From: Clostridia bacterium
GTDB taxonomy: Bacteria; Bacillota; Clostridia; Christensenellales; Aristaeellaceae
DNA: 64,000 bases
Reading direction: 5' to 3'
Assembly (NCBI GenBank): GCA_017470145.1
Contig: JAFUFB010000029.1
Coordinates: 8,766-72,765, forward strand
This document shows positions 32,248 through 41,793 of the stretch, one piece after another. The translations under genes were made by a program, and so were the position numbers. How positions within the stretch are numbered: position 1 is the first letter of the stretch; every line of letters begins with the position of its first letter. The notes under the pieces are model-generated. The model worked only from the letters and a program-made list of their open reading frames with translations, searched no databases and was not told the DNA's origin.

Positions 32248-32793
32248 ATGGCTACCAGAATTAAGGAAAAATATCTGGCCGAGGCTGTTCCTGCTTTGCA
32301 GCAGAAGTTCGGCTACAAGAATGTTATGGAAATCCCGAAGCTGAGCAAGATCGTGATCAACATGGGCCTGGGTGATTGCAAGGACAATGCCAAGGCTATG
32401 GAGATGGCGGTGAATGAGCTGACCACCATCGCGGGTCAGAAGCCCATGGTGACCAAGGCGAAGAAGTCCATCGCGAACTTCAAGGTTCGTGAGGGCATGA
32501 ACGTCGGCGCCAAGGTGACGCTGCGCGGCGAGCGGATGGAAGAGTTCATGGACAAGCTGGTTTCCGTCGCGCTGCCCCGCGTGCGTGACTTCCGCGGCGT
32601 GAGCACCAAGGCCTTCGACGGCCGTGGTAACTACGCGCTGGGCATCCGTGAGCAGCTGCTGTTCCCCGAAATCGAGTATGACAAGGTAGAGAAGATCCGT
32701 GGTATGGAAATGATCTTCGTTACCACCGCCAAGACCGATGAGGAATGCATGGAACTGCTGAAGCTGCTGGGCATGCCTTTTGCCCAGGCGTAA
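32248..32793 (+). CDS. rplE: 50S ribosomal protein L5
   Basis: [23 protein letters not shown]. Confidence 0.98.
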   Translation: MATRIKEKYLAEAVPALQQKFGYKNVMEIPKLSKIVINMGLGDCKDNAKAMEMAVNELTTIAGQKPMVTKAKKSIANFKVREGMNVGAKVTLRGERMEEFMDKLVSVALPRVRDFRGVSTKAFDGRGNYALGIREQLLFPEIEYDKVEKIRGMEMIFVTTAKTDEECMELLKLLGMPFAQA

Positions 32794-32820
32794 GAACCAG
32801 GTTGAAGGAGGAAATTTAAA

Positions 32821-33006
32821 GTGGCTAAGCTGAGCATGAAACTCAAGCAGTCTCGTCCTGCCAAGTACTCCACTCGCGCTTATACCCGTTGCCGCATCTG
32901 CGGACGGCCTCACAGCGTGCTGCGGAAGTATGGCGTGTGCCGTATCTGCTTCCGTGAGCTGGCGTACAAGGGCCAGATTCCTGGCGTCAAGAAAGCCAGC
33001 TGGTAA
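32821..33006 (+). CDS. rpsN: 30S ribosomal protein S14, short Zn-binding type
   Basis: 61 aa, CRICGR...[12 protein letters not shown]; GTG start. Confidence 0.97.
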   Translation: MAKLSMKLKQSRPAKYSTRAYTRCRICGRPHSVLRKYGVCRICFRELAYKGQIPGVKKASW

Positions 33007-33240
33007 GCGAACCGACCGTCGCCCCAGTGGGGCGTTCGCCGGAGGCGAAAGGAAGGTAAGCGCATCAACCGAAACGAGCAGGGCCGCCGCCCCAAGGCAG
33101 CCATGCGAAGATTGAGGTTGCGGTAGTATCTATTTTAGATAGATACTTAGGTTTTGGTAACTCGTGGGAAGGCGAATATACAGATTCGAACCGCCTACGG
33201 ATCACAGAACAAGCGAGAAATCGAACTGTCTGTGAGATGA
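33007..33240 (+). promoter_or_regulatory. Structured rpsN-rpsH intergenic RNA, candidate uS8-binding leader
   Basis: Several hairpins; the last (33202-33235) has the CAAGC/GAACUG internal-loop geometry of 16S h21. Confidence 0.55.
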
Positions 33241-33261
33241 TTTTACAAGGAGGTCAAAACC

Positions 33262-33663
33262 ATGGTAGTCAATGATCCCATTGCCGATCTGCTCACTCGC
33301 ATTCGGAATGGACAGGTGGCTCGTCACGATTTTGTGACCGTGCCCGCCAGCAACACCAAGAAGGCCATCGCGAAGATTTTGCTGAACGAAGGCTATGTAA
33401 AGGCTGTTGATTTTATCGACGACGGCCTGCAGGGCGAGATCAAAATCACCCTGAAGTATCTCAACGGCAAACAGCAGCCCGTCATCGCCGGTCTGAAGCG
33501 GATCAGCAAGCCCGGTCTGCGGGTTTATGCCAAGTGCGACGAGCTGCCCAAGGTTCTGGGCGGCCTGGGCATCGCCATCATCAGCACCAGCAAGGGCCTG
33601 ATGACGGACAAGGAAGCCCGGAAGAACGATGTGGGCGGCGAAGTGCTGGCCTACGTCTGGTAA
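33262..33663 (+). CDS. rpsH: 30S ribosomal protein S8
   Basis: [31 protein letters not shown]. Confidence 0.98.
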   Translation: MVVNDPIADLLTRIRNGQVARHDFVTVPASNTKKAIAKILLNEGYVKAVDFIDDGLQGEIKITLKYLNGKQQPVIAGLKRISKPGLRVYAKCDELPKVLGGLGIAIISTSKGLMTDKEARKNDVGGEVLAYVW

Positions 33664-33693
33664 TAACCGACACGCTATAGGAGGTGTGACAAA

Positions 33694-34236
33694 ATGTCTC
33701 GAATCGGAAAGCTTCCGATCACTGTCCCCGCGGGCGTGACGGTTACGGTGGATGAAAACAACCTGGTGACGGTTAAGGGCCCCAAGGGAACCCTGTGCCA
33801 GCAGGTGAATCCGGTCATCACCGTGAAGCAGGAGGGCAATATTCTGACCCTCGAACGCCCCTCGGATGCCAAGCCCCACAAGGCCATGCATGGTCTGTAT
33901 CGGGCGCTGGTTCATAACATGGTCGTCGGCGTGACTGACGGCTTCACCAAGACCCTGGAGCTGGTGGGTACCGGTTATCGCGCCAGTGTCGAGGGCAAGA
34001 CGCTGACCATCAACATCGGCTTTAGCCATCCTGTTGTGCTGGAAGCGCCGGAAGGAATCACCTATGAGACCCCGAACCAGACCACCATTCTGGTAAAGGG
34101 CGCCAACAAGCAGCAGGTCGGCAACCTTGCCGCGGACATTCGCGCGATCCGGAAGCCTGAACCCTATCTGGGCAAGGGCATCAAGTATCACGATGAGCAC
34201 ATCCGCCGCAAGGAAGGCAAGGCCGGTAAGAAGTAA
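33694..34236 (+). CDS. rplF: 50S ribosomal protein L6
   Basis: MSRIGKLP, PEPYLGKGIKY. Confidence 0.98.
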   Translation: MSRIGKLPITVPAGVTVTVDENNLVTVKGPKGTLCQQVNPVITVKQEGNILTLERPSDAKPHKAMHGLYRALVHNMVVGVTDGFTKTLELVGTGYRASVEGKTLTINIGFSHPVVLEAPEGITYETPNQTTILVKGANKQQVGNLAADIRAIRKPEPYLGKGIKYHDEHIRRKEGKAGKK

Positions 34237-34254
34237 GAGAGGGAGTGACTGCAA

Positions 34255-34623
34255 ATGTTCAAGAAACGTGACCGGAACGAAGTTCGCGTGATTCGTCATG
34301 CGCGGGTCCGTAAAAAGATCAGCGGCACCCCTGAAATGCCGCGTCTGTCCGTCTACCGCAGCAACAAGCACATCCAGGCTCAGATCATCGACGACACCAA
34401 GGGTGTAACGCTGGTTTCCGCCAGCACCCTGGATGCCGCCCTGAAGGGACAGCTGGAAGAAGTGGACAAGAAGGGTGCTGCGAAGCTGGTCGGCAAGCTC
34501 CTGGGTGAGCGCGCTGTCCAGGCCGGCATCAAGAACGTGGTCTTCGACCGGGGTGGGTATGTTTATACCGGCCGTGTGGCCTCCGTGGCTGACGGCGCCC
34601 GGGAAGCCGGACTTGAATTCTGA
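34255..34623 (+). CDS. rplR: 50S ribosomal protein L18
   Basis: [27 protein letters not shown]. Confidence 0.98.
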   Translation: MFKKRDRNEVRVIRHARVRKKISGTPEMPRLSVYRSNKHIQAQIIDDTKGVTLVSASTLDAALKGQLEEVDKKGAAKLVGKLLGERAVQAGIKNVVFDRGGYVYTGRVASVADGAREAGLEF

Positions 34624-34641
34624 TGAAGGAGGACTACGCAA

Positions 34642-35139
34642 ATGCCAAGGTTTGAACAGGAGAGCGAGTTCAAAGAGCGCCTGGTTTCCGTGAACCGCGT
34701 ATCCAAGACCGTGAAGGGCGGCCGCAACATGCGGTTCAGCGCGCTGGTCGTGGTGGGCGATGAAAATGGCCGCGTGGGCGCCGGCATGGGCAAGGCTGCC
34801 GAAATTCCGGAAGCCATCCGCAAGGCCGGTGAGGACGCCAAGAAGCATCTGGTGAACGTGCCGATCGACGGGACCACCATCCCGCATGAAATGACCGGAT
34901 ATTATTCCACCGCCAAGTCCGTGTTGATGCCCGCTCCGGAAGGAACTGGCGTGATCGCCGGCGGCGCGGCCCGTGCTGTGCTGGAAATGGCTGGCATCAA
35001 GGATATCCGGACCAAGAGCTATGGAACCAACAATCCCATTAACATGGTGAAGGCCACCTTAGAGGCGCTGAAGAAGCTCCGCAGCGCGGAGCAGGTCGCC
35101 AAGATGCGCGGCAAGACCGTGGAAGAGATTCTGGGATAA
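34642..35139 (+). CDS. rpsE: 30S ribosomal protein S5
   Basis: [19 protein letters not shown]. Confidence 0.98.
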   Translation: MPRFEQESEFKERLVSVNRVSKTVKGGRNMRFSALVVVGDENGRVGAGMGKAAEIPEAIRKAGEDAKKHLVNVPIDGTTIPHEMTGYYSTAKSVLMPAPEGTGVIAGGAARAVLEMAGIKDIRTKSYGTNNPINMVKATLEALKKLRSAEQVAKMRGKTVEEILG

Positions 35140-35152
35140 GGAGGACGTAGAG

Positions 35153-35335
35153 ATGAAACTGAAGATTACTCTGGTGAAATCTCCGATCGCCAGCCTTCCC
35201 AACCACAAGGCCAACGTCCGTGCTCTGGGCCTGCGCAAGGTAGGACAGACCGTGATTCAGCCTGACAATGCCGCGATTCGCGGACAGATCTTCGCCGTGA
35301 AGCACATGGTGAAGGTTGAGGAAGTTGACGAATAA
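35153..35335 (+). CDS. rpmD: 50S ribosomal protein L30
   Basis: [15 protein letters not shown]. Confidence 0.96.
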   Translation: MKLKITLVKSPIASLPNHKANVRALGLRKVGQTVIQPDNAAIRGQIFAVKHMVKVEEVDE

Positions 35336-35349
35336 AGGAGGAATACCCC

Positions 35350-35790
35350 ATGAAACTGCATGAACTGCATCCCGCTGAGGGGTCCACGACCGCGCAGAAG
35401 CGGCTGGGCCGCGGTACCGGTTCCGGTCTGGGCAAGACCTCCGGTAAAGGTCACAAGGGCGCCAAGGCCCGCAGCGGCGGCGGCAAGCGGCCCGGATTCG
35501 AAGGTGGTCAGATGCCCCTGTATCGTCGTGTTCCCAAGCGCGGCTTCACCAATATCTTCGGCACCGAGTATGCCGAGGTGAACGTGGAGCGCCTGGAGAT
35601 CTTTAACGATGGAGATACTGTCACGGTAGAAAAGCTGCTGGAAGCCGGAATCATCAAGAAGACCCTGGATGGCGTGAAGATTCTGGGCAATGGCGATCTG
35701 AGCAAGAAACTGACTGTGCAGGCTCAGAAGTTCACTGCCGGCGCGAAGGAAAAGATTGAGGCCGTTGGTGGGAAAGCCGAGGTGATCTGA
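35350..35790 (+). CDS. rplO: 50S ribosomal protein L15
   Basis: [35 protein letters not shown]. Confidence 0.98.
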   Translation: MKLHELHPAEGSTTAQKRLGRGTGSGLGKTSGKGHKGAKARSGGGKRPGFEGGQMPLYRRVPKRGFTNIFGTEYAEVNVERLEIFNDGDTVTVEKLLEAGIIKKTLDGVKILGNGDLSKKLTVQAQKFTAGAKEKIEAVGGKAEVI

Positions 35791-35791
35791 C

Positions 35792-37075
35792 ATGATTGAA
35801 AACATCCGTAAGATGTGGAAAATCGGCGAGATCCGTAAGAAACTCATTTATACCTTTCTGATGCTGGTGCTGTACCGGCTGGTAGGCGTGATTCCCGCGC
35901 CCGGCGTTGACGCCGCGCGGGTTATGGCCTCCAACGGAACCAGCAATCTGCCTCTGTTGGAGCTGGTCAACATGATGACCGGTAACAACTTCAGCCAGAT
36001 GACAGTGATGGCCATGGGTATTACGCCCTACATCAATGCCAGCATTATTATGCAGCTGCTGACCATCGCGATCCCCGCCCTGGAGAGACTCTCCAAGGAA
36101 GAGGACGGCCGGCAGAAGATTAACCGGATTACCCGGTATGTCACCGTGGGTCTGGCTGCGCTGCAGGCCATTGGTCTGGTTCGCGGTCTGGGCTACATTA
36201 AGAGCGGCTGGCTGAATTACGTCCTGGTGGGCGTAACCATGGCCGGCGGTACCGCTCTGGCCATGTGGATTGGCGAGCGCATCACGGAAAAGGGAATCGG
36301 CAACGGCGTCAGCCTGCTGATCTTCGTGGGCATCATTTCCAACCTGTTCAACGGCATCGTTTCCGGTTTCACCACCGCGACGACCACCGGAACCACCTCT
36401 GGTTGGATCAATCTGTTGGTTATCATCGTGACCACCATCGTTATGACTGTGGTTGTCACCTTTGTGGAGCTGGGCGAGCGGAGAATTCCGCTGCAGATTT
36501 CCAAGCAGGTGAAGGGCCGTCGGGTTTACGGCGGACAGAGCACCCATATGAGCCTGAAAGTGGTCTCCGTTGGCGTGCTGCCCCTGATCTTCGCCTATAG
36601 CTTCCTGGCTTTCCCGGGCACTATTGCCCAGCTGATTAATCCCAATCCCCAGCCTGGATCCTTCACCTACTGGTGGGCCACCACCATGTACACCGGATCC
36701 GTCTGGTACATGATTATCAGCGCGCTGCTGATCGTCGCCTTCACCTTCTTCTACTCCAGCATCAGCTTTGATCCCAAACAGCAGGCTGAGCAGCTGCAGC
36801 AGCAGGGTGCGGTGATTCCTGGACAGCGCGGCAAGAACATCCGTCAGTATCTGCAGAACATCGTGAACCGGCTGAACCTGTTCGCGGCCCTGTTCCTGGC
36901 AGTGCTGAGCGCGGTGCCTACGCTGCTGCTCCGGGTGGCTGGCGTCAGCGTTCCTTTCGCGGCCAGCTCCATCCTGATCGCCGTGAGCGTGTCCCTGGAG
37001 ACCATCCGCACCCTGCAGGGTGAGATGAGCATCCGCGGCATCGACATGGATATGGACAACGTTGGATTTATGTAA
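35792..37075 (+). CDS. secY: Preprotein translocase subunit SecY
   Basis: MGITPYINASIIMQLL, WIGERITEKGIGNGVSLLIF; multi-TM; position between rplO and adk. Confidence 0.97.
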   Translation: MIENIRKMWKIGEIRKKLIYTFLMLVLYRLVGVIPAPGVDAARVMASNGTSNLPLLELVNMMTGNNFSQMTVMAMGITPYINASIIMQLLTIAIPALERLSKEEDGRQKINRITRYVTVGLAALQAIGLVRGLGYIKSGWLNYVLVGVTMAGGTALAMWIGERITEKGIGNGVSLLIFVGIISNLFNGIVSGFTTATTTGTTSGWINLLVIIVTTIVMTVVVTFVELGERRIPLQISKQVKGRRVYGGQSTHMSLKVVSVGVLPLIFAYSFLAFPGTIAQLINPNPQPGSFTYWWATTMYTGSVWYMIISALLIVAFTFFYSSISFDPKQQAEQLQQQGAVIPGQRGKNIRQYLQNIVNRLNLFAALFLAVLSAVPTLLLRVAGVSVPFAASSILIAVSVSLETIRTLQGEMSIRGIDMDMDNVGFM

Positions 37076-37084
37076 TTGAGGATG

Positions 37085-37112
37085 TAAGGGGCGAGGTCAT
37101 CCTCGCCCCTTA
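37085..37112 (+). terminator. 12-bp hairpin between secY and adk (terminator or processing signal)
   Basis: taaggggcgagg-tcat-cctcgcccctta followed by ttctt. Confidence 0.5.
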
Positions 37113-37136
37113 TTCTTATGAAAGGAGATCAGAAGG

Positions 37137-37766
37137 ATGAACATCATTTTCCTTGGACCTCCCGGTGCAGGTAAGGGCACCCAGGCGCAGAAGATTTGTT
37201 CTGCGCTGAACATTCCCCAGATTTCTACCGGTGATATTCTGCGCCGCGCCATGAAGGAAGGCACAGAAACCGGCAAGAAGGCGAAGAGCTTTATCGACGC
37301 CGGCCAGCTGGTTCCGGACGAAGTCATCATCGACATCGTGAAGGAACGGCTGCAGATGGAAGACTGCCAGAATGGCTACATTCTGGATGGCTTCCCACGT
37401 ACCGTGCCTCAGGCGGAAGCCCTGGATACCTTTGCCACCATCGACAGCGTGATTGAGCTGGACGTGGCGGATCAGGTGCTGGTGGATCGGCTGAGCGGGC
37501 GGCGGGTATGCGTGAAGTGCGGCGCCACCTATCATCTGAGCATGCTGAAGGGCGAAACCCATTGCGCCAACTGCGGGGAAGAGCTGATTCAGCGGAACGA
37601 TGACAAGGCGGAGACCGTGCTGAACAGATTGACCGTCTATCATGATCAGACGGCTCCTCTGATTGGATACTACGAACAGAAGGGCCTGTTGAAGAAGATC
37701 GATGGCGCGCAGGGCTTGGAGAATACCACCAAAGCGATATTGACCGCCCTGGGAGCGAAGGCATGA
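37137..37766 (+). CDS. adk: Adenylate kinase (Zn-lid type)
   Basis: GPPGAGKGTQ, STGDILR, LDGFPRT, CVKC...CANC lid. Confidence 0.98.
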   Translation: MNIIFLGPPGAGKGTQAQKICSALNIPQISTGDILRRAMKEGTETGKKAKSFIDAGQLVPDEVIIDIVKERLQMEDCQNGYILDGFPRTVPQAEALDTFATIDSVIELDVADQVLVDRLSGRRVCVKCGATYHLSMLKGETHCANCGEELIQRNDDKAETVLNRLTVYHDQTAPLIGYYEQKGLLKKIDGAQGLENTTKAILTALGAKA

Positions 37767-38584
37767 TCAGTTTAAAGAACCCGGCACAGATTCAGAAAAT
37801 GAAGGACGCGGGCAAGCTGCTCTACGAAGTGGAACAGCAGGTTCGCGCGCAGATCAAACCCGGCGTCACCACCGCGGACCTGGACGTATTGGCGGAACAG
37901 CTGATCCGGAAGGGTGGCGGTATTCCCTCGGAAAAAGGCTATGAAGGATATCCCTGCTCCATATGTGCCAGCGTCAACGACGTGGTCGTGCATGGCATCC
38001 CCAGCGATAAAATGGTGCTGAAGGAAGGCGATATCGTCTCCATCGACTGTACGTTGGTGTTGAACGGATGGCAGGCGGATTCCGCCTTCACTGTAGGGGT
38101 CGGACAGATTTCCGAAGAGGCGAGGAAGCTAATCATCGCCACGGAGGAATGCTTCTGGGAGGGGATTCGTCAGTGCGTGGTTGGGAAACGGCTGGGCGAT
38201 GTAGGCCATGCTGTGGACAGCCACGCTCAGGCGAATGGTTTCACAGTGATTCGGGATTATACTGGCCACGGCATCGGCCGTGAAATGCATGAGGATCCAT
38301 CCGTGTTCAATTATGGGGAGCCGGGGCGAGGCCTGCGTCTTCGCCAGGGCATGACCATCGCGGTAGAGCCCATGGTGGTTCAAGGCGATTGGCACATTAC
38401 CAACGACAATGACGGATGGACGGTGCGCACCCGGGATCACAAGCTGTGTTCTCATTATGAGCACACCATCGCGATCAACGCCAGCGGCTATCCCGACATC
38501 CTGACCTTGCCGGAATTCAGCTGGGAAAACACGCCCGTGAATTCAAAGGGTTATCCATGCGTCTCTCATCTGGGGGAGGCATGA
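37763..38584 (+). CDS. map: Methionine aminopeptidase type I
   Basis: SVNDVVVHGIP, DSA, GHGIG..MHEDP, EPM, HYEHT. Confidence 0.97.
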   Translation: MISLKNPAQIQKMKDAGKLLYEVEQQVRAQIKPGVTTADLDVLAEQLIRKGGGIPSEKGYEGYPCSICASVNDVVVHGIPSDKMVLKEGDIVSIDCTLVLNGWQADSAFTVGVGQISEEARKLIIATEECFWEGIRQCVVGKRLGDVGHAVDSHAQANGFTVIRDYTGHGIGREMHEDPSVFNYGEPGRGLRLRQGMTIAVEPMVVQGDWHITNDNDGWTVRTRDHKLCSHYEHTIAINASGYPDILTLPEFSWENTPVNSKGYPCVSHLGEA

Positions 38585-38588
38585 AGCG

Positions 38589-38891
38589 ATGAAGGATCCT
38601 TTTCCGATGGAAAGTGGACGAGTGGTGCAAAGCACCCAGGGAAGGGATAAGGGAAAGTATTTCCTGATTCTGGAATCCCTGGGGCAGGATCTGGTCACCA
38701 TCGTGGATGGGGATTGCCATCCGCTGGCTCGTCCGAAAAAAAAGAAAACCAGGCATTTACACGCGAAACCAATTGTGGTAAACTTAGAAACGATCCGTCC
38801 GGAGGGCGGAAAGATTCAGGACAGCGACCTGCGTAGGGCGCTGATACAGCACGGGTTCGCGGAAGAACGTTCGCTGTGCAAGGAGGGCTGA
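38589..38891 (+). CDS. KOW-domain RNA-binding protein (L14e-like)
   Basis: [18 protein letters not shown]...[10 protein letters not shown]; usual map-infA position in Clostridia. Confidence 0.85.
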   Translation: MKDPFPMESGRVVQSTQGRDKGKYFLILESLGQDLVTIVDGDCHPLARPKKKKTRHLHAKPIVVNLETIRPEGGKIQDSDLRRALIQHGFAEERSLCKEG

Positions 38892-38895
38892 TCTA

Positions 38896-39117
38896 TTGTC
38901 CAAGAGCGACGTGATCGAAATGGAAGGTAAGGTAGTTGAAGCCTTGCCAAACGCCATGTTCCAGGTGGAGCTGCAAAATGGCCACCAGATCCTGGCGCAC
39001 ATCTCCGGAAAGATGCGGATGAACTTTATCCGGATCTACCCCGGCGATAAAGTAACGATTGAACTTTCGCCCTATGATCTGACCCGTGGTCGGATCACCT
39101 GGCGCAGCAAAAACTGA
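38896..39117 (+). CDS. infA: Translation initiation factor IF-1
   Basis: [27 protein letters not shown]; TTG start. Confidence 0.98.
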   Translation: MSKSDVIEMEGKVVEALPNAMFQVELQNGHQILAHISGKMRMNFIRIYPGDKVTIELSPYDLTRGRITWRSKN

Positions 39118-39167
39118 GCGGTTCTTTCTGTTGAATCAGGAATAGCCGCAGTCCATGAAGGAGGTAA

Positions 39168-39287
<120 letters not shown>

Positions 39288-39301
39288 TCACCCCCAAGGA
39301 T

Positions 39302-39342
39302 ACAAAACCCCGGGCCAAAGAAATGGTTCCGGGTTTTTGTTT
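39302..39342 (+). terminator. Intrinsic terminator ending the S10-spc transcript
   Basis: acaaaaccccgggcca...tggttccgggtttttgtttt immediately after rpmJ. Confidence 0.7.
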
Positions 39343-39386
39343 TGAAACAGAGGGACTGAAACAGAGGGACGGTCTTTTTCGTTTCA
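39343..39386. repeat. REP-like 30-bp unit, locus 1 (plus a 14-bp partial tandem copy)
   Basis: tgaaacagagggac + tgaaacagagggacggtctttttcgtttca. Confidence 0.85.
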
Positions 39387-39390
39387 TTTT

Positions 39391-39419
39391 TTGCTTTCTA
39401 TCATCGATTGTGATATGAT
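39391..39419 (+). promoter_or_regulatory. SigA-type promoter for the serine hydrolase gene
   Basis: TTGCTT(39391-39396)-N17-TATGAT(39414-39419) with TG extension. Confidence 0.6.
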
Positions 39420-39519
39420 GGCGGGGATGAAAGCAGAGGGGTTTTAATCATGCTGGCCTTCGAGGCCGTGGGAAGCCGCTTCTGCGTTTTGAAATGAGAG
39501 GAAAAGGAGAGCAATCGAA

Positions 39520-40683
39520 ATGTCCCGGGAAATAGAATTGGAAAAGAAAGTGAATCGGGTGCTGCAGGAGGCCATCGACACGGGGGAACTGCCCTGCGCC
39601 AATGTGATGGTGCTGCACAAGGATAAGGTGATTTGCTACACCCAGGCGGGGAAGGATCCGGGAACGGGGGAGGAGATTAGCCGGGATACCATCTTTCGGC
39701 TGTACAGCCAGTCCAAGCCCATTACTTCCGCGGCGGTGTGCTTGCTGATGGAGCGGGGAATCATCGACATGAACGATCCGGTGGAGAAGTATCTGCCCGG
39801 GTTCGCAGAATCAAAGGTGCTGGGGAAGGATGGGGAGCTGATCCCCGCTCAGCGGCCTGTAAAGCTGATGGATCTGATGGGCATGAGCGCGGGGCTGTGC
39901 TATCCCATGGAGGACGCCCCGGGACAGTATGCGGCCAAGCTGTTCGATGCAAATCAGCAGGCCATGGATGAGGGGAAGCCGGGATATACGACTGTGGAAT
40001 TTGCCAATGAAATCGGGAAGCTGCCCCTGGCCTTCCAGCCGGGGTCTGCTTTCCGCTACTCTACTTGTGCGGACGTACTGGGGGCGGTGGTAGAAGTGGC
40101 CAGCGGAAAAAGCTACAGCGAATTCCTGCGGGAGGAGATCTTCACGCCTCTGGAGATGGAGGATACAGGCTTCAGCCTGCCGGAGGAGAAGCTGTCCCGA
40201 CTGGTGACCTGCGCGAAGCGGACGCCGGAGGGAATCCAGGTCATGGAATGCAAGCATCTGAACGTGGGGAACTATACCCGGGAGCCGGCTTTCGCCTCCG
40301 GCGGCGCAGGCTTGGTTTCCACCCTGGATGATTATCGGCATTTCGCTGCCATGCTGCTGCAGGGTGGGGAATACAAGGGCCAGCGGATCCTCTCTGAGGC
40401 GACGGTTCGGTGGATGACCAGCAGTCAGGTGGATCTGAAATGGCGCTGGGGCGGCCTGGAAGGGTATGGCTATGGCAAGCTGATGCGGGTCTGCGACGTG
40501 CCTGGCGAGGTTCCTGGGTTGGCGATGAAGGGGGAATACGGCTGGGATGGTTGGCTAGGCACCTATTTTGCAAATTTCCCCCAGGAGAAATTGACCCTGC
40601 TGCTGAACCAGAACGTGGCGGACACCGGTACTGGCCCGGTAACGAGAAAGGTTCGAAATGTGGTGCTGGCGCACCTGGGCTGA
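39520..40683 (+). CDS. Serine hydrolase, beta-lactamase/family VIII esterase fold (cytoplasmic)
   Basis: FRLYSQSKP (SxxK), PLAFQPGSAFRYS, GGAGLVST, YGWDGWLGT; no signal peptide. Confidence 0.88.
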   Translation: MSREIELEKKVNRVLQEAIDTGELPCANVMVLHKDKVICYTQAGKDPGTGEEISRDTIFRLYSQSKPITSAAVCLLMERGIIDMNDPVEKYLPGFAESKVLGKDGELIPAQRPVKLMDLMGMSAGLCYPMEDAPGQYAAKLFDANQQAMDEGKPGYTTVEFANEIGKLPLAFQPGSAFRYSTCADVLGAVVEVASGKSYSEFLREEIFTPLEMEDTGFSLPEEKLSRLVTCAKRTPEGIQVMECKHLNVGNYTREPAFASGGAGLVSTLDDYRHFAAMLLQGGEYKGQRILSEATVRWMTSSQVDLKWRWGGLEGYGYGKLMRVCDVPGEVPGLAMKGEYGWDGWLGTYFANFPQEKLTLLLNQNVADTGTGPVTRKVRNVVLAHLG

Positions 40684-40691
40684 GGGTGAAA

Positions 40692-40723
40692 AAAGGAGCT
40701 CTCGGATTGTCCGGGAGCTCTTT
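40692..40723. terminator. Terminator hairpin between convergent genes
   Basis: aaaggagctctcgga-ttg-tccgggagctcttt. Confidence 0.7.
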
Positions 40724-40801
40724 GAATATAGGCTGTATGAAATCGGCGATATAACGAAGATGGGTATGATCACCTGATTATTCCTCCGAAGGGATGGAAC
40801 A

Positions 40802-40831
40802 TGAAACGAAAAAGACCGTCCCTCTGTTTCA
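40802..40831. repeat. REP-like 30-bp unit, locus 2 (overlaps the fructokinase stop codon)
   Basis: tgaaacgaaaaagaccgtccctctgtttca, exact reverse complement of the locus 1 unit. Confidence 0.85.
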
Positions 40832-41761
40832 TGGCATGTCGGGTACGCTGGTAATGCCGCCGTGCTTTTGGGTGGAAAGGCTGGCGGCGGTACAGGCGAA
40901 GGTAACGATTTTCTGCAGATCCTCCTCTGTTAGCTCAGAGGGGGATTTTTCAGTTTTCAGGAATTGGCTCATGGCGCTTCCGCCGAAGATATCCCCGGCG
41001 CCGGTGGTATCAACCACATGAATGCCCCTGGGGCTGGCGACTTGGACATGGCAGGTTTGGTTGGCTGCGTAGCACCCCTTGGGACCCAAAGTGACATAGA
41101 CCAGGGACACGCCGTATTCGGAGAGCAGCTTTGCCGCGCCTTCCACCGGGGAAAGTCCCCAGAGGAATTCAATCTCTTCATCACTGATCTTGACGATATC
41201 CGCCTGGCGCAGGCTCCATTCGATGGCATCCTTGGCTGCTTGCTCCGAGGACCAAAGGGGCTTGCGCAGGTTGGGATCCAGGCTGATGAGGACGCCGTTT
41301 TCCTTCGCCAGCTGAACAGCTCGCCGGGTGGCGGATGCAACGGGCTCGTCCGTCAGGGACAGGGTGCCGAAATGAAAAACCCGGGCCTGGGAGATCAGAT
41401 CCGCTGGAACCTCCTCCGGCCGGAGGCAGGTATCCGCGCCGGGCTTCCGGGCAAAGCTGAAATCCCGGTTTCCGCTTTCATCCAGGGCTACGAAGGCCAG
41501 GGTGGTAAAGACGGTGGGATCAGACAGGACGGCGGAAACGTTAATGCCGGCCTCCTTCAGCGTACCCAGGAGCAGTCGGCCAAACTGATCATCTCCTACC
41601 TTGCTGATCATGGCGGTGGAGCAGCCATATTTCGTCAGGGCGGCCAGGAAATTCCCAGGAGCGCCTCCGGGATTGGCGGACAGCAGGGGATAGCCAGATT
41701 CATTGGCCCCCTGCGGCGCGAAATCAATCAGCAATTCTCCCAAAGCAACAACGTCAAACAT
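40829..41761 (-). CDS. PfkB-family carbohydrate kinase, probably fructokinase
   Basis: GELLIDF, GGAPGN, DPNLR, DTTGAGDIFGG; next to the GH32 locus. Confidence 0.9.
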   Translation of the reverse strand: MFDVVALGELLIDFAPQGANESGYPLLSANPGGAPGNFLAALTKYGCSTAMISKVGDDQFGRLLLGTLKEAGINVSAVLSDPTVFTTLAFVALDESGNRDFSFARKPGADTCLRPEEVPADLISQARVFHFGTLSLTDEPVASATRRAVQLAKENGVLISLDPNLRKPLWSSEQAAKDAIEWSLRQADIVKISDEEIEFLWGLSPVEGAAKLLSEYGVSLVYVTLGPKGCYAANQTCHVQVASPRGIHVVDTTGAGDIFGGSAMSQFLKTEKSPSELTEEDLQKIVTFACTAASLSTQKHGGITSVPDMP

Positions 41762-41793
41762 GGTGTTTACTCTCCTATATATCTGAAATATGA

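Noticed and set aside
33062-33115. Small protein encoded in the rpsN-rpsH spacer (ORF 32930-33115)
   Set aside because: Starts inside rpsN in another frame, no RBS, no recognisable motif; RNA structure explains the spacer better
39520-40683. Beta-lactamase resistance gene
   Set aside because: No signal peptide; features fit the cytoplasmic esterase-like members of the fold
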